Shown here: positions 26,492-38,627 of the stretch, in pieces
Numbering within the stretch: position 1 is the first letter of the stretch
Layout: each line of letters starts with the position of its first letter
Source: Felis catus
Taxonomy: Eukaryota
Assembly (NCBI RefSeq): GCF_018350175.1
Contig: NC_058368.1
Span: 157,358,001 to 157,422,000, forward strand
DNA: 64,000 bases
Direction: 5' to 3'
The notes under the pieces: model-generated
What the model was told of the DNA's origin: nothing
The model's database searches: none
The model's input: the letters and a program-made list of their open reading frames with translations, nothing else
Translations under genes and position numbers: made by a program

Positions 26492-28554
26492 GTATGGTTA
26501 ATTTTTTTGCAAAGTTCATTACTTGTTTTTATTCCTTATTTTCTTACCTAACTCTCTATTTCAGCTTTGAATATTTTAGATGAAGAAATGACTATTCTGT
26601 AATGCAGATATAGATTAGTACTGTTTGAATTGCAGCAGAATCTAGGGAAGTGAAAGAAAATTATATTTTCCACTTTTTTTTTACCCTTAACATATGCTTC
26701 ATTAACTTTTAGGGACCAGTGTGCAATGGAATGAATTGTAATATCACCTCATTGTGTATTTTTGTCTGTGTATTTCTTTAAGATGCTACTTCTTGAGTCA
26801 CCTGAAACCAGCCCCCTTTACATTGTATTACCTGTAACTGGTTCGGTTCTTTTTATTTGAGCAAAAGGAACTAACTGTGCATTGAGGGTCATGCCCGGCT
26901 TACATTAGGCATTGGTAGATATTGCTACACTTATTCATCACAGTACTCTGAGAATTATCACCAGAGCAACTGAGAGTTGCTTTTTATCTCTGTAGGAAAG
27001 TAATGCTGCCTAATTTTAATAACGGTAAGCTGTTTTAATGCCCATTATTGATTATTCGCTTGGATGATTTTGCCACTTGAGTAGATTAAAAGCATAATCA
27101 TAAAAATGAATAGTCAGGTACCTTTAACTGTGCAAGAAGGCTAAGGGTTGTTTCCAGATGTATTAAATAGAACTTCAGGTGGGCTATTACTAAAAGCAAG
27201 ATATGATGCTAATTTTATGATAGAAATGGATGGCAGCTAATAGTCACTTGCCTTTTAAAATTTTCCCCCAGAAAGATTCATTTTAACTTTGGCCACTGGC
27301 CAAGACAGAATTGGAAACTTTCCCAAGTGCCTTCAGATAAGCTACAGTCAGTGCTGTTTGAAATGTGAGATGAGACATTGAGAATGGGACAATAAGAGTG
27401 ACCTTGAAATACATAAAGAATGATTTGGGGGGGAGGAAGCTAACAAGAGACCACATTTGCTTATAATTTGCCTAGGAAGCCTTCACACCAAACATCATGT
27501 TAATGTAACCCACCGTAAAGATGTTCGAAGGGAATATGCAACATATGAAAACATATGTTAAGAGAAAAGAAATAAGCAATGATGTGGAGAATTCTTTCTC
27601 CTTATAGTCTCTTGCTTTTCTCTCACAATTCTACCTCCTAACCCTTTTGTGGGCACCTGCCCATGGCCCCTACCTATGCAGAGGCTGGGTGTGGGAGGGC
27701 CCGCTGTGGGCTGTGCTGATGCTCAGCTCCTGAGCTGTCCTTTGTCTCTCATCAGCTCAAAAACCAAGGCCTCCCAAGGAGGCAGGAGCTGAGACAAGCA
27801 GGCATGAGTGGAAGCAGGGTCTAGCAACAGCTTCTCTGCCATCTGGCCACCTGTGGGAGGAGAGGCAAGCTTAGCTTCTGAAGAGTTTGAGGAGGGGAGC
27901 TCTAGCGTGCAGAAGGGAGCAGTGTTGTCCCCTCTGGAGGAAGGCTGAACCTGAGGTCTGCAACTCGAGCTTTAGCCTTGGCTCTGCATTCCCACAAGAG
28001 TGTGTTCTTAGGGCAGTCACTTAACGTGGCTTGCATCGTTAAGTCTTTTCGTTTCCAGAGTGATGAAGGTAAACCATAAGGTTCTAAAAGGTCATTTTTA
28101 GTGTTAAGCTTGTGGCGGGGGTAGTGGTCAGGACTAGAAAGACCCGGTTGGGATCTTGCATGGGTGCATATTTGCCATATTGGTGTGGCTGCTTTACTTT
28201 ATATCTGGTCTCTTGTTTCCTTGCCTATAACATGGGGATATTCATTTCTACCTGGTAGAGCAGTCATGAGGATTGAGATGGTGCATTATTATAAAGGTAT
28301 ATTTAAAGGCCTGATGGTACATACTCTAAGTCTCTCTTGTCCTAGGCAAGTTTCCTGTTTTCATAGTAAAACAGAAACATTCTAAACATTTGATTTTTGA
28401 AACCTGGAAAGTAATGTGAAGAAGGTATGACAAATGTAGGATTTTATTTTAATAAATAATAAAAACAAAGATCTTTGATAATCTGCGTTATTAGAAAATT
28501 TGGGATTTTAAATTTTATTTCGGTCTTAAACATTCTTTCTTTAAAAAAAGTTTT

Positions 28555-28758
28555 GGGGATCCTGGGTGGTTCAGTTGATTGAGTGTCCTACTTTGGCTCA
28601 GGTCATGATCTCACGGTTCATGAGTTTGAGCCCCGAGTCCGGCTCTGTGCTGACAGCTCAGAGCCTGGAGCCTTCTTCAGATTCTGTGTCTCCCTCTCTC
28701 TCTGCCCCTCCCCTACTCGTGCTCAAAATAAATAAACATTAAAAAAAAATTTTTTTAA
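28555..28758 (+). mobile_element. CAN-SINE
   Basis: ggggatcctgggtggttcag head, (CT)n body, aataaataaacatt tail. Confidence 0.9.
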
Positions 28759-30271
28759 GTCTAAAACTAACAGAAATTAAATACTACAAAAGGAAAGTTA
28801 CTTTAGGCCTTGATATTTTCAAAGAACATGTTTATCTTTTAACTAGAAAATTGATGCTTTTTTTCTCCTTTAATTCTTCAGCTTTATCTTACTGCTGGTT
28901 GGTATAAAAGCCCTGGATTGTGTTCATTCAGCATATTTTATACAGTGTTTCTATATTTATACAGTTTATATACTATGTTGAAAAATGTGACTGTACTGAG
29001 GTATAGTGTTACAGTTTCACAATAGAACAATTTATAATACCGAACAGTAGTTTGAAAAGGTGAGAAACAGAAGTTGTGGTTTTCTTAACTGGAGATATAA
29101 CGGTTTTCCAAACCAAATTCCGAGCTTGAAATGGGCTGAAAATGCTTTAATGAGTGTTTTGTTGCTAGTTTTGTAACTCTGTTGGAACTATATTGTCAAT
29201 GGAACATTTCTGTTAAAATTACAAGGTTGTCAAATTCTTTCCCCATCTCCTGTCCATTTGGCATTTTTGGTCAATTTTAAATCCCTCCTCTCAACCCAAA
29301 TATTATGAAATTAAGCAATGCTTCTCATTTTCCTTCTCTTTTTCTTCAATAGTTCACTACTTAATATTTTTAAACCTTAGAATTACAAGTCCAATTGTAT
29401 TACCTGTTTGAATTCTTTGTCAATTGCTGTGTACAGAGCTCTCCAGCATGCTTAATCGTGGAAACCACCCATCGGTGGACACAGGCCGCCTAATGGCAAA
29501 AGGGCAGGGAAGGGAAGGAGCAAAGAGGGGATGATGCCTGCTAGCAGGTGTGTGATGGCCCGGTAGCAATGCTCACTGTTATGTAGCCTCTTCTCCCTGC
29601 TCCTGTGGGAGGTGCATATGTGCAAATCATAGCTCTAAGCACTGAGCTCAGAATTGGCAATGGTGGGCATTGTTTGTGAATCGTACTGACTTTGGAGAAA
29701 GTCACTGGGCTTAGGTGGAACTCTTCCCTTCTTTTCTGAACCTGAAGGTGTTTTGCTTGGAACTGAACAGGCTGAGTAATCCAATCATTATAAATATTTT
29801 AGAGAAGAATATATGCTCCTGAGAGGTAGGAGGCTTTAAGGACGTATAGGCGAAGACTCTTGGGCAGAGTGGAGTGGTTTGGCTCATACTTTTTCGAAGT
29901 CTTTCTCATTCACACCGGCTGTGGTGTCTTGCACCAAACTAAAAGCTTGACTGCCCGAAAGCAGGGTAGTTTTGTCTTCCTCATCTTTGTATCTTTAATA
30001 CTTAACATGGTGATTGGCTCATGGTGGCTGCTCAGAAATGGTGTGTGAAGCTGATCTAGACTGAACTGAAGGCTGCTGTGGATTCGTGGTCTTCTAAGGT
30101 GGTGGGAGTGGTGACAAGTGCTTCTCCACCCACGTGCCATCTGGTGCTGCCTTGGTGTGGTGGCACAGTAGCTGCAGACCTTAGCAGGCTTTCACTAGAG
30201 AGCCGGTGTAGTCTCCTGAGCTTCAGTGAAGGGTATGGGCTGAGGGGCCTTTAAAAGTTAAAGGAGCTCCA

Positions 30272-30488
30272 GGGACGCCTGGGTGGCGCAGTCGGTTAAG
30301 CGTCCGACTTCAGCCAGGTCACGATCTCGCGGTCCGGGAGTTCGAGCCCCGTGTCAGGCTCTGGGCTGATGGCTCAGAGCCTGGAGCCTGTTTCCGATTC
30401 TGTGTCTCCCTCTCTCTCTGCCCCTCCCCCATTCATGCTCTGTCTCTCTCTGTCCCCCCCCCCCCAAAAAAAAAGTTGAAAAAAAAAA
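30272..30488 (+). mobile_element. Young felid CAN-SINE (SINEC_Fc-type)
   Basis: Perfect 19-bp TSD aaaagttaaaggagctcca at 30253-30271 and 30489-30507. Confidence 0.95.
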
Positions 30489-31159
30489 AAAAGTTAAAGG
30501 AGCTCCAGTTCTCCCAGAAGCAGCACTCTTCCCTGAGGAGGTGGTACCCTGGAGAGACACCTGGGGACTAGGTCATTCCCATCCCAAGTCTTCCAGAAGG
30601 TCTGAAATGCTCCCCTTGACTCCATAAAAGATCCCCTCAGCATATTTGCTGTATGTAACACATGGACTGCTTAAGCCGAGGGATAGTTCACTTTCTACAG
30701 TTTCTTGTTTCTGATAAGGGGAAGCCTGGCCAGGACCTGCTCTTTGAGTGTGTCCAAGACGGGCAATGGCAGTGTTTTCTTGGGAGGCACATGGGTAAGA
30801 ATGGGTGATGGTATTTCAAGCCAATTGCAAAGGATACATGTTTCATTATAAAAATAGGAAGCAAAATATTTCATGTCAGTGTTTCTGTCTTCAGAAAATA
30901 TGAACTAAGTAGCAAATAATTGCCAGTCTTAATTTCCTGTCTTCTAATTGTTGGTTTCAAGGTCATTTTTGAACTCTTTGTTTTTCAAATAAAAACTAAA
31001 ACGTTTCTGGTTAATGCTGGTCATCTCCCCAAAATTTGCTTTCTGACATCAGCTTAGCTGTGCTTAATGCAATACCACTGTCATCAAAAGGACAATTGCT
31101 AGACTAAGAATTCTGCAAGTTTATGTAACTTAACTTTGTTTCCCCTTTGAACCTTGCAG

Positions 31160-31333
31160 GTACAACAGTGCCAGCCCACAGGGCCATCCTGGTGGCCCGT
31201 TGTGAAGTGATGGCAGCTATGTTTAATGGGAATTACATGGAAGCAAAGAGTGTTCTGATTCCAGTTTATGGAGTTTCCAAAGAGACTTTCTTGTCATTCT
31301 TAGAATATCTATACACAGACTCCTGTTGCCCAG
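31160..31333 (+). CDS. RHOBTB3: RHOBTB3 exon 9 (second BTB domain)
   Basis: Acceptor ccttgcag|; (G)TTVPAHRAILVARCEVMAAMF...FLSFLEYLYTDSCCP, a typical BTB motif; donor GTGAGC; 174 nt, phase 1 to 1. Confidence 0.97.
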
Positions 31334-32408
31334 GTGAGCAGTATAAATATTGAGTAATATCTCCTAATTCTTTATTTCCTTGCCACTCATTTTGATAAAT
31401 TGCATTCTCTGAAATTTGTTTTTGTGTAAGACTTATCAGAGTTGACATCATGGCATGCGCTAATCAGGTGGAGGTGGTGTTGGGATAACAGTGAGTTTTC
31501 AGTCAGCTCAGGTGGAGGAGCTGTGGTTGGGTACCTCTTTCAGGCTTTCAGACTCAGGCATAAGTCCTAGCCAGCACCAATAGTGTGGTGATTCTGTGGG
31601 CACCCTAGAAATGGAGGTGTCTGATGGTCCCCAGTGACTACTCTAATTCTATAGATTGGGACAGAGAGCTCCTTGGAGGACTATCCTTCCATAAAGAGAA
31701 GAGGGTTAGGTAGTTGCTTTTATGGCTCTATCTTCTGATTGAGGCACTTTCAAGGACTTTGGATATTCTGAGACCCCCCCCCCCCACTTAGTTATCTGTG
31801 GCCCAGAGAATGTGGGTTTTTTTAAGGCCTTCTTCTGACTTTTAAAGTCATATTCTCCTTAAGCTAACTTGTCCAAAAACTTTATCTAAGATGTTTAGGA
31901 TGCCTAGTGGACTATAGGATTTATTTCCCTACTCACTGACTTAAGACTGTATTTGTCTAAGAACTAATCATCTTTGGCAGCTGCAGGTTGGAACAGATCT
32001 TGTAGGTTTTTTCCAGCTGCGGTGGTGGTGGGGTGGGGAAGTAGAGGGGAGGGGGTCCTTGGAGAAATTGCAAAATCCTTTCAAAAGGCCTAGAGCCTTG
32101 GGATGCAGGAAGCCCCTTTAATTAGTCTTCGTCCTCTGGCCACCAGATGGCTCCCACCACAAACAGGACCAGAGTAAATCTCTGGTGGTTTACTTCATTC
32201 AGGAGCCCGTGACCTTGATAACAGAACCTGGCCTAGCGAAGATAAAAAGAAAACACACATTTCAGACCATCCGTCTCTTCAGATTTATTGCTTTCATTTT
32301 TAGATTTGGAAGATTTCCCAGTGTGTTATTAAAATCTCTTAAGTTTTAAACAAGTCATGAGCCCTCTAGTGAAAGGTTTAGAAGATAAAAAAAAGAAAGT
32401 TCCTTTTT

Positions 32409-32630
32409 TAAAAAGAAAAAATTTTTTTTAATGTTTGTTTATTTTTTAGAGAGAACAAGTGGAGGAGGGGCAGAGAGAGAGAGAGAGAGAGGGAGACACA
32501 GAATCTGAAGCAGACTCCAGGCTCTGAACTGTCAGCCCAGAACCCGACACGGGAATCCAGTTCACAAACCTTGAGACTATGACCTGAGCCGAAGTCCAAT
32601 GTTCACCCGACTGAGCCACCCAGGCGCCCC
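32409..32630 (-). mobile_element. CAN-SINE, antisense
   Basis: Ends gagccacccaggcgcccc; TSD agaaa(g/a)ttcctttttt. Confidence 0.9.
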
Positions 32631-32872
32631 AGAAAATTCCTTTTTTTAACTGAATTAATTCTGGTCTTGCAGCGAGCTGTACAGTACTTTGGAGCCAGTT
32701 ATAGTTGCTACTGTCAGTGTTAAAGACTGGCTTATCATTTTTGCTTGATAAAAAGGAAAGATCAATTCTCATCAGAATGTGTGTTATTGTTTATTTCATT
32801 ATTTTAGTACTGGCAAATTTGTATATTAAATAAAAACTTGGACCCACATTTAAAATAAGAAAAGTTCATTTT

Positions 32873-33110
32873 GGGGCGCCTGGGTGGCTGAGTCGGTTAA
32901 GTGGCCGACTTCGGCTTAGGTCATGATCTCACGGTCCGTGAGTTCGAGCCCTGCGTCGGGCTTTGTGCTGACCGCCCAGAGCCTGGAGCCTGTTTCAGAT
33001 TCTGTGTCTCCCTCTCTCTCTGACCCTCCCCCGTTCATGCTCTGTCTCTCTCTGTCTCAAAAATAAATAAACGTTAAAAAAGAAAAAATTTAAAAATAAA
33101 TAAAAAAAAA
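32873..33110 (+). mobile_element. Felid CAN-SINE
   Basis: TSD aagaaaagttc. Confidence 0.92.
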
Positions 33111-33249
33111 AAGAAAAGTTCGTTTCTCAATCATCCTCCCACTAGAGTAATTGAAGCTTCAAATTTTAGGTTTTCTCTTACTAATTCCAAAAATGCTCAG
33201 AGAAGTACGAATAACTATAGGACAAAGCACTTTAAAAGTCGGTAAAACT

Positions 33250-33473
33250 GGGGCGCCTGGGTGGCGCAGTCGGTTAAGCGTCCGACTTCAGCCAGGTCAC
33301 GATCTCGCGGTCCGTGAGTTCGAGCCCCGCGTGGGCTCTAGGCTGATGGCTCAGAGCCTGGAGCCTGTTTCTGATTCTGTGTCTCCCTCTCTCTCTGCCC
33401 CTCCCCCATTCATGCTCTGTCTCTCTCTGTCCCAAAAATAAAATAAACGTTAAAAAAAAAAATTAAAAAAAAA
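33250..33473 (+). mobile_element. Young felid CAN-SINE (SINEC_Fc-type)
   Basis: Near-identical to the copies at 4634, 30272 and 40330; TSD aaaagt(c/t)ggtaaaa. Confidence 0.95.
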
Positions 33474-33708
33474 AAAGTTGGTAAAAGGTGTGGGGAGAAA
33501 GTGAGTCAAAATGAATAGTCAAAAAGCAGATCAGGTACTAAAATGTTTGCATTGGCAAAGAAAGGTAATCTAAGCTAAGTATTGATCATACACAGTGTTC
33601 TTGTTTCCTAGCTACAAAACAATGTGAGGAATTTAAGGAGGGGTTAGAAAGAGAATTACCTGAAAAATCACTTAGAAGGAAGAGTTTAAAAAACAACAAT
33701 AATAACAA

Positions 33709-33945
33709 GAGGTGCCTAGGTGGCTCAGTTGGTTAAGTGCTGACTTCAGCTAGCGTCATGGTCTCATGGTTTGTTTCCTGAGTTCAAGCCCCATGTCGGG
33801 CTCTTTGCTGACAGCTCAGGGCCTGGAGCCTGCTTTGGATTCTGTTTCCCTTTCTCTCCCTGCCTCTCCCCTGCTCATACTCTGTCTCTGTGTCTCTCTC
33901 AAAAATAAAAAAAAACAACATTAAAAATTTTTTTTTAATAATTAA
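33709..33945 (+). mobile_element. CAN-SINE
   Basis: gaggtgcctaggtggctcagttggttaag head, CT body, A tail. Confidence 0.88.
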
Positions 33946-33959
33946 TTAAAATAGCATAA

Positions 33960-34177
33960 CCTGAGTGATTTCCAGGGGCTAAGGGAAGGGGGAAATGGGG
34001 AGTTATTGCTTAATGGTTGTGAAGTTTTGGTTTGGGAAGAAAAAGGTTCTAGAGAAGGATGATGATGGTTAGATAACAATGTGGATGTACTTCAATGCCA
34101 CTGAGCCGTACACTTTAAAATGGTTAATGATAAATTTTATGATATGTTTGTTTTACCACAATATAAACAAACAAACC
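33960..34177 (+). mobile_element. Old L1 (L1MB-like) 3' end
   Basis: ggggaaatggggagttattgcttaatgg...caatgccactgagccgtacactttaaaatggtt...ttttaccacaat. Confidence 0.75.
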
Positions 34178-34336
34178 TGGGAGTAAAGGCAAGAGAGGAA
34201 AAATTTGCAAGGATTTAGTTTAGCTAGCAGAAGGAATTACACAGTAGCCTGAGAATTGGTTATTAAGGGCAATTGTAGATTCCCCTTCTCTGAAGAATTA
34301 AAAAAAACAAACAAAAACAAAAAACGAAAAAACAAT

Positions 34337-34550
34337 GGGGGCGCCTGGATGGCCCATTCGGTTAAGCTTCTAACTCTTGATTTCGGCTCAGATCATGATC
34401 TCACAGTTCTTGAGATAGAGCCCTGTGGGGGCTCTGCGCTGACAGTGTGAAGCCTGTTTGAGATTCTCTCTCTCCCTCTCTCTCTGCCCTTCTCCTGCCT
34501 GTGCTCTCTCTCAAAATAAATAAATAAACTTAAAACAAACAAAAAAACAT
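34337..34550 (+). mobile_element. CAN-SINE
   Basis: gggggcgcctggatggccc head; aataaataaataaac tail. Confidence 0.88.
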
Positions 34551-34614
34551 CAAAAAGATTCACTCTGGAGTGTAAAGGCTTAAATTAATTTTTTTTTTTT
34601 TTAAAACGGCCTAA

Positions 34615-34737
34615 TAGTGCCTGGCTGACTCAGTGGGTGGAGAGTGGGACTCTTGATCTCAGTGTTGTGAGTTCAAGCCGTGTTGGGCATAGAGATTACT
34701 TAAAAACAAAATCTTAAAATTAAAAAAATAAATAAAA
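34615..34737 (+). mobile_element. Short old CAN-SINE
   Basis: gtgcctggctgactcag...gactcttgatctcag...gagttcaagcc...agagattacttaaaaa. Confidence 0.75.
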
Positions 34738-34923
34738 TGGCATAATAGTGTATAATGCAGACTCACTCCCTCAAAGCTTTTCTGTGCATTCTATTGTGCA
34801 TTGGATGATACGGTCAGCATTTTTTGTTGTTGGTGGTGGTTTGCCTGTTGTTGTTATTTCGTTTCAGGTCATAAAAGAAATGGCTTTATTGTCCATTTTC
34901 TCTTATTTCCCTTCCCACATCAG

Positions 34924-35090
34924 CTGGCATTTTTCAGGCTATGTGTCTTCTGATCTGTGCTGAGATGTATCAGGTGTCCAGACTGCAGCACATCTGTGAG
35001 CTGTTCATCATCACCCAGCTGCAGAGCATGCCAAGCAGGGAACTGGCGTCCATGAACCTGGATATAGTTGACCTGCTCAAGAAAGCCAAG
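34924..35090 (+). CDS. RHOBTB3: RHOBTB3 exon 10
   Basis: Acceptor cccacatcag|; (A)GIFQAMCLLICAEMYQVSRLQHICELFIITQLQSMPSRELASMNLDIVDLLKKAK; donor GTAATT; 167 nt. Confidence 0.96.
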
Positions 35091-35959
35091 GTAATTGGCC
35101 CTATGCATCTGGTTGTTGGTTTAAAAAAAAAAAATCTTCTAAAAATTATACTTAAAAAATATTTCTGCTTATGGAGAGATTTATTATGGAGAGATTTATT
35201 AGTGTTTGTCTTAGTCTGGAAGTTTGGTGAAATGAGGGTAAAGTGCCCTCACAGCAATTTCTGTGGCTAGACAATTTTGAAGCATATGATTTTTGCACAG
35301 TCCTTTTCTAAGGAGGTCGAATTTGCTGATAGGAAATGTTTCAACTGAATGGCAGCCTCTATTAGAGTCATTTAAATATGTTGCTTTACTATGCCATATA
35401 GGCATTATAGGAAATGGAATTTACATTGCATTTCCCCCAATCACATCTTAGGGTTCATGAAAGACAAATGATAGAATTGGTCTGTACACACTGATAGAGA
35501 TGGTTAGGCTAAACTCATTTATTTGTTCATTCATCCATCCTTCCACTTCAGGGACATGTTTTGAAGTTCCCAGTTGTTTGTAGGAAGTATTGGTTTACTT
35601 CATTAATCTTTGCAAACGCCTTTTGTTGATCTGGCTCGTGGTATCATGAATATATTCAGTAAAAATGTTTCAGTTGACAGTCACTCCAGCACACTGTACT
35701 TTCTGGCTTCTAAGCTTAGAGACATTTTGTTTTTAAGGACTGTATTCCTACACATTCTAGGGAACAGAGTTTACATAGTTAAGCTAATTGTGAATAACTG
35801 CAGGTACAAAGATCCTACAGTATGATCTATAAATAAACTCAGATCTATAAATAAACTCAGTCTGCCTTTTTGAAATCTCCTTCTGGAACTTGGAGATACT
35901 GTTACAGTCAGAAATCTGCTGTTTCCTCATTCCAACTCTTTTATTCCTAGGAGTAAGAA

Positions 35960-36420
35960 ATGTATCCAGACATGTCAACCTACCCTTGGTTATTCTACCA
36001 TTCTATCCCCTGTCTTATGAGATTTTTAGGGCTTACAGCAGTCATGGAATATAATGGTATATATTGAACTTACAGTGAGCTGAACCTTCTGGTCTCTTTT
36101 ACAGGAATATATCTGACCCATCTTTGGAGACTATCAGGACGTTGTAAAATATTATCTGGCATACAACATATTGGCTATCCCTATCAGTTTTGATATCCAC
36201 AATTAGAAAAATATAATCACTTTGTTTTCAGGTTGCTAAATGGAGCCACATAATGGGGCCAAGGACAGACTCTGACAGCTAAACGCTTGCCTCCAGGTTG
36301 GGATGAATTCATTTAAGCAACATGTATATTTCTGGGTATAGATGGAATTCATTTAAAGCATCTTACTGTCTCCTTAATGATTTTGGGGTTCATTTCTTTC
36401 ATAATCAAATCTCAACATTG
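35960..36420 (-). mobile_element. Possible L3/CR1 relic
   Basis: ggggccaaggacagactctg...cctccaggttg resembles antisense CR1 RT; highly degraded. Confidence 0.4.
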
Positions 36421-37085
36421 TATGTAGTTAATTTTAAAAATAAAAACGAATTTACAAAACCGAGTAAACTTTTGCATATGGTTGGAGCTTGGGGCCGAGG
36501 CTGTTGGCTGGCCGATGAATGCCCAAGTGCAGTATGCTGCGTGAGGGCAAGTCTTGCCAACACCGCAAGGGTCTCTAGCCCAGTGAGTAGACTTTGGTAG
36601 TAATTCCTGTTGCAAGTAAAAGAGAACAAAACAAAAAGAAAAGAAAAAAACCCCACAACACCGAGTAACTTTGATCTTTGTAATAATCTTTACACTGAGT
36701 GTGGGATAAATAGCTACCCTCTAGATTTAGTTTAAAAATTCTCTTTTGTCCTTTTTAGTATTTTCACAACCTCAGTTCATTTCTGGTGTGTCATTTTCAT
36801 ACTATTCTAAGAAGTCTGTGAGACAAAAAACATGCTCATGAGCTTCTCTTTCCTTATCTTGTAGTATCCTGTTAGTTCAAAGAACTTCTTGTATGCTTGC
36901 ATGGATTTTTTAGGTGCCTCCGTCCCCCAAACACACAAACACATGCACACATGCACATACGTATATGTTTCCTCACCAGTGTCATTGATGATTGTTTTGT
37001 CAGACATTTTTTCCATGACTGTGTGGTTTTGATTATGTAATTATCTTTACTTATTTCTCTTCAGTTTTAAAAGTGTAAGATACCA

Positions 37086-37305
37086 GAGGTGCCTGAGTGG
37101 CTCAGTCGGTTAAGCGTCTGACTTCAGCTCAGGCCATGATCTCACAGTTTGTGGGTTCGAGCCCCTCATCAGGCGCTGAGCTGACTGCCCAGAGTCTGGA
37201 ACCTGATTTGGATTCTGTGTCTCCCTCTCTCTGCCTTTCCCCAACTCACACTGTCTCTCTGTCTCTCAAAAATGAATAAACGTTAAAAAGAATGAAAATA
37301 AAAAT
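37086..37305 (+). mobile_element. CAN-SINE
   Basis: Perfect TSD aaaagtgtaagatacca at 37069-37085 and 37306-37322. Confidence 0.92.
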
Positions 37306-38530
37306 AAAAGTGTAAGATACCAACTCCTTTGGAATTTTATTCTTTGTTTCTGAAGACTATTCTATTTTCTAGGATTAAGTCTCCATTTACCAGTCTTCCT
37401 TTATTCTAGTCTATTCTATTCTGGTCCCTAACTTGGCGATTTACAAATCCAAGGTAATAGGATAATTTTCTTGCTCAGTTGTCTTTGAAGTTCCTAGTTT
37501 GAGGCTTTAGTTCACCAACCAGTTCATACTGTTGGTCAAAATTTAGTTAAACTTTGCTTCATTGTTTCTCTAATAGAAGGGGAAACTGTCTTTTAGCAGA
37601 ATTAGACTTTGAGTAGCTTTCTGAATAAGCAAGGTTTCCGATGACTCTATTATCCTCTCTGCTAGTTCTGTAGTGTTTATCAGGAAAGCGTCCTTCATAC
37701 CTTCCATGTGGTGGAGCAGTTTGGTGTTCTGTTACTTGGCCTTCTCTAACCTTTCTGGGTTCGTTACCATGATTCTACCTTCAGGTTAGTATCTGTCCAT
37801 CAAGTTGGACTCTAAAATACAAAAGAAGCTTCTTTCCCTAAATCAGATTAATTTCTCTGAATTGAAGTAAAGATCTTCTTAGCCCTACTCCCTTTTAAAT
37901 CCTATCTAGCCAAACATTGGTGATTCCTGTGAAGTCCTGTTAACTCTCATCTTAAAGTTTTAAACTCCTTATCTTACTTACTTACACCTGCTCACTGTTA
38001 CAGTATATCCTAGTTTGAAGTAACTGTTCAGATAGAACCTTCTCAGAGACATATGTACACGTTGAAACTCATACTTTAGGTTGATGACATTTCCTTCACA
38101 AACTATTTTTTGGTTTGCTCCTCAGGTGCACGGGTTCATATTTGGCCAAGTGTGTACCTTTGCTAACCAGAATCTTATCTCTGCAACCCAGACAGAAGTG
38201 CAATTGGTGAAGGCCGTGACCTTAGATTAAAAGCTTAAACCAAATCCTCAGGAACCTCAGCCAGTCTTGTTAACTCCTGGTGCAGGTGCCCCTGCTTCAG
38301 ACGTTTAGCCGCTCCAGCAACTGGAGCTTGTTGTTCATTTGATTTGGTGTCTTCACTGCTATAATTTTATGATTACATGTTGGCAATTCCCCCCCTTTCC
38401 TTTCTGCTCTTGGAGTAGGCGGAAACATGGACACAGTGAGCTCCCAGTGGGGTTCTCGTCGCAGACTGCGCTCCCCGCCTGGTGTCCGTGCATGGTCCCT
38501 GCATGGTTTCACACTCCATTTCTCTTGCAG

Positions 38531-38627
38531 TTTCACCACTCCGAGTGCCTCTCAACCTGGCTGCTCCATTTCATCGCCACGAACTACCTCATCTTCAGCC
38601 AAAAGCCTGAGTTTCAGGATCTTTCAG
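38531..38627 (+). CDS. RHOBTB3: RHOBTB3 exon 11
   Basis: Acceptor ctcttgcag|; FHHSECLSTWLLHFIATNYLIFSQKPEFQDLS; donor GTAGGT; 97 nt. Confidence 0.96.
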
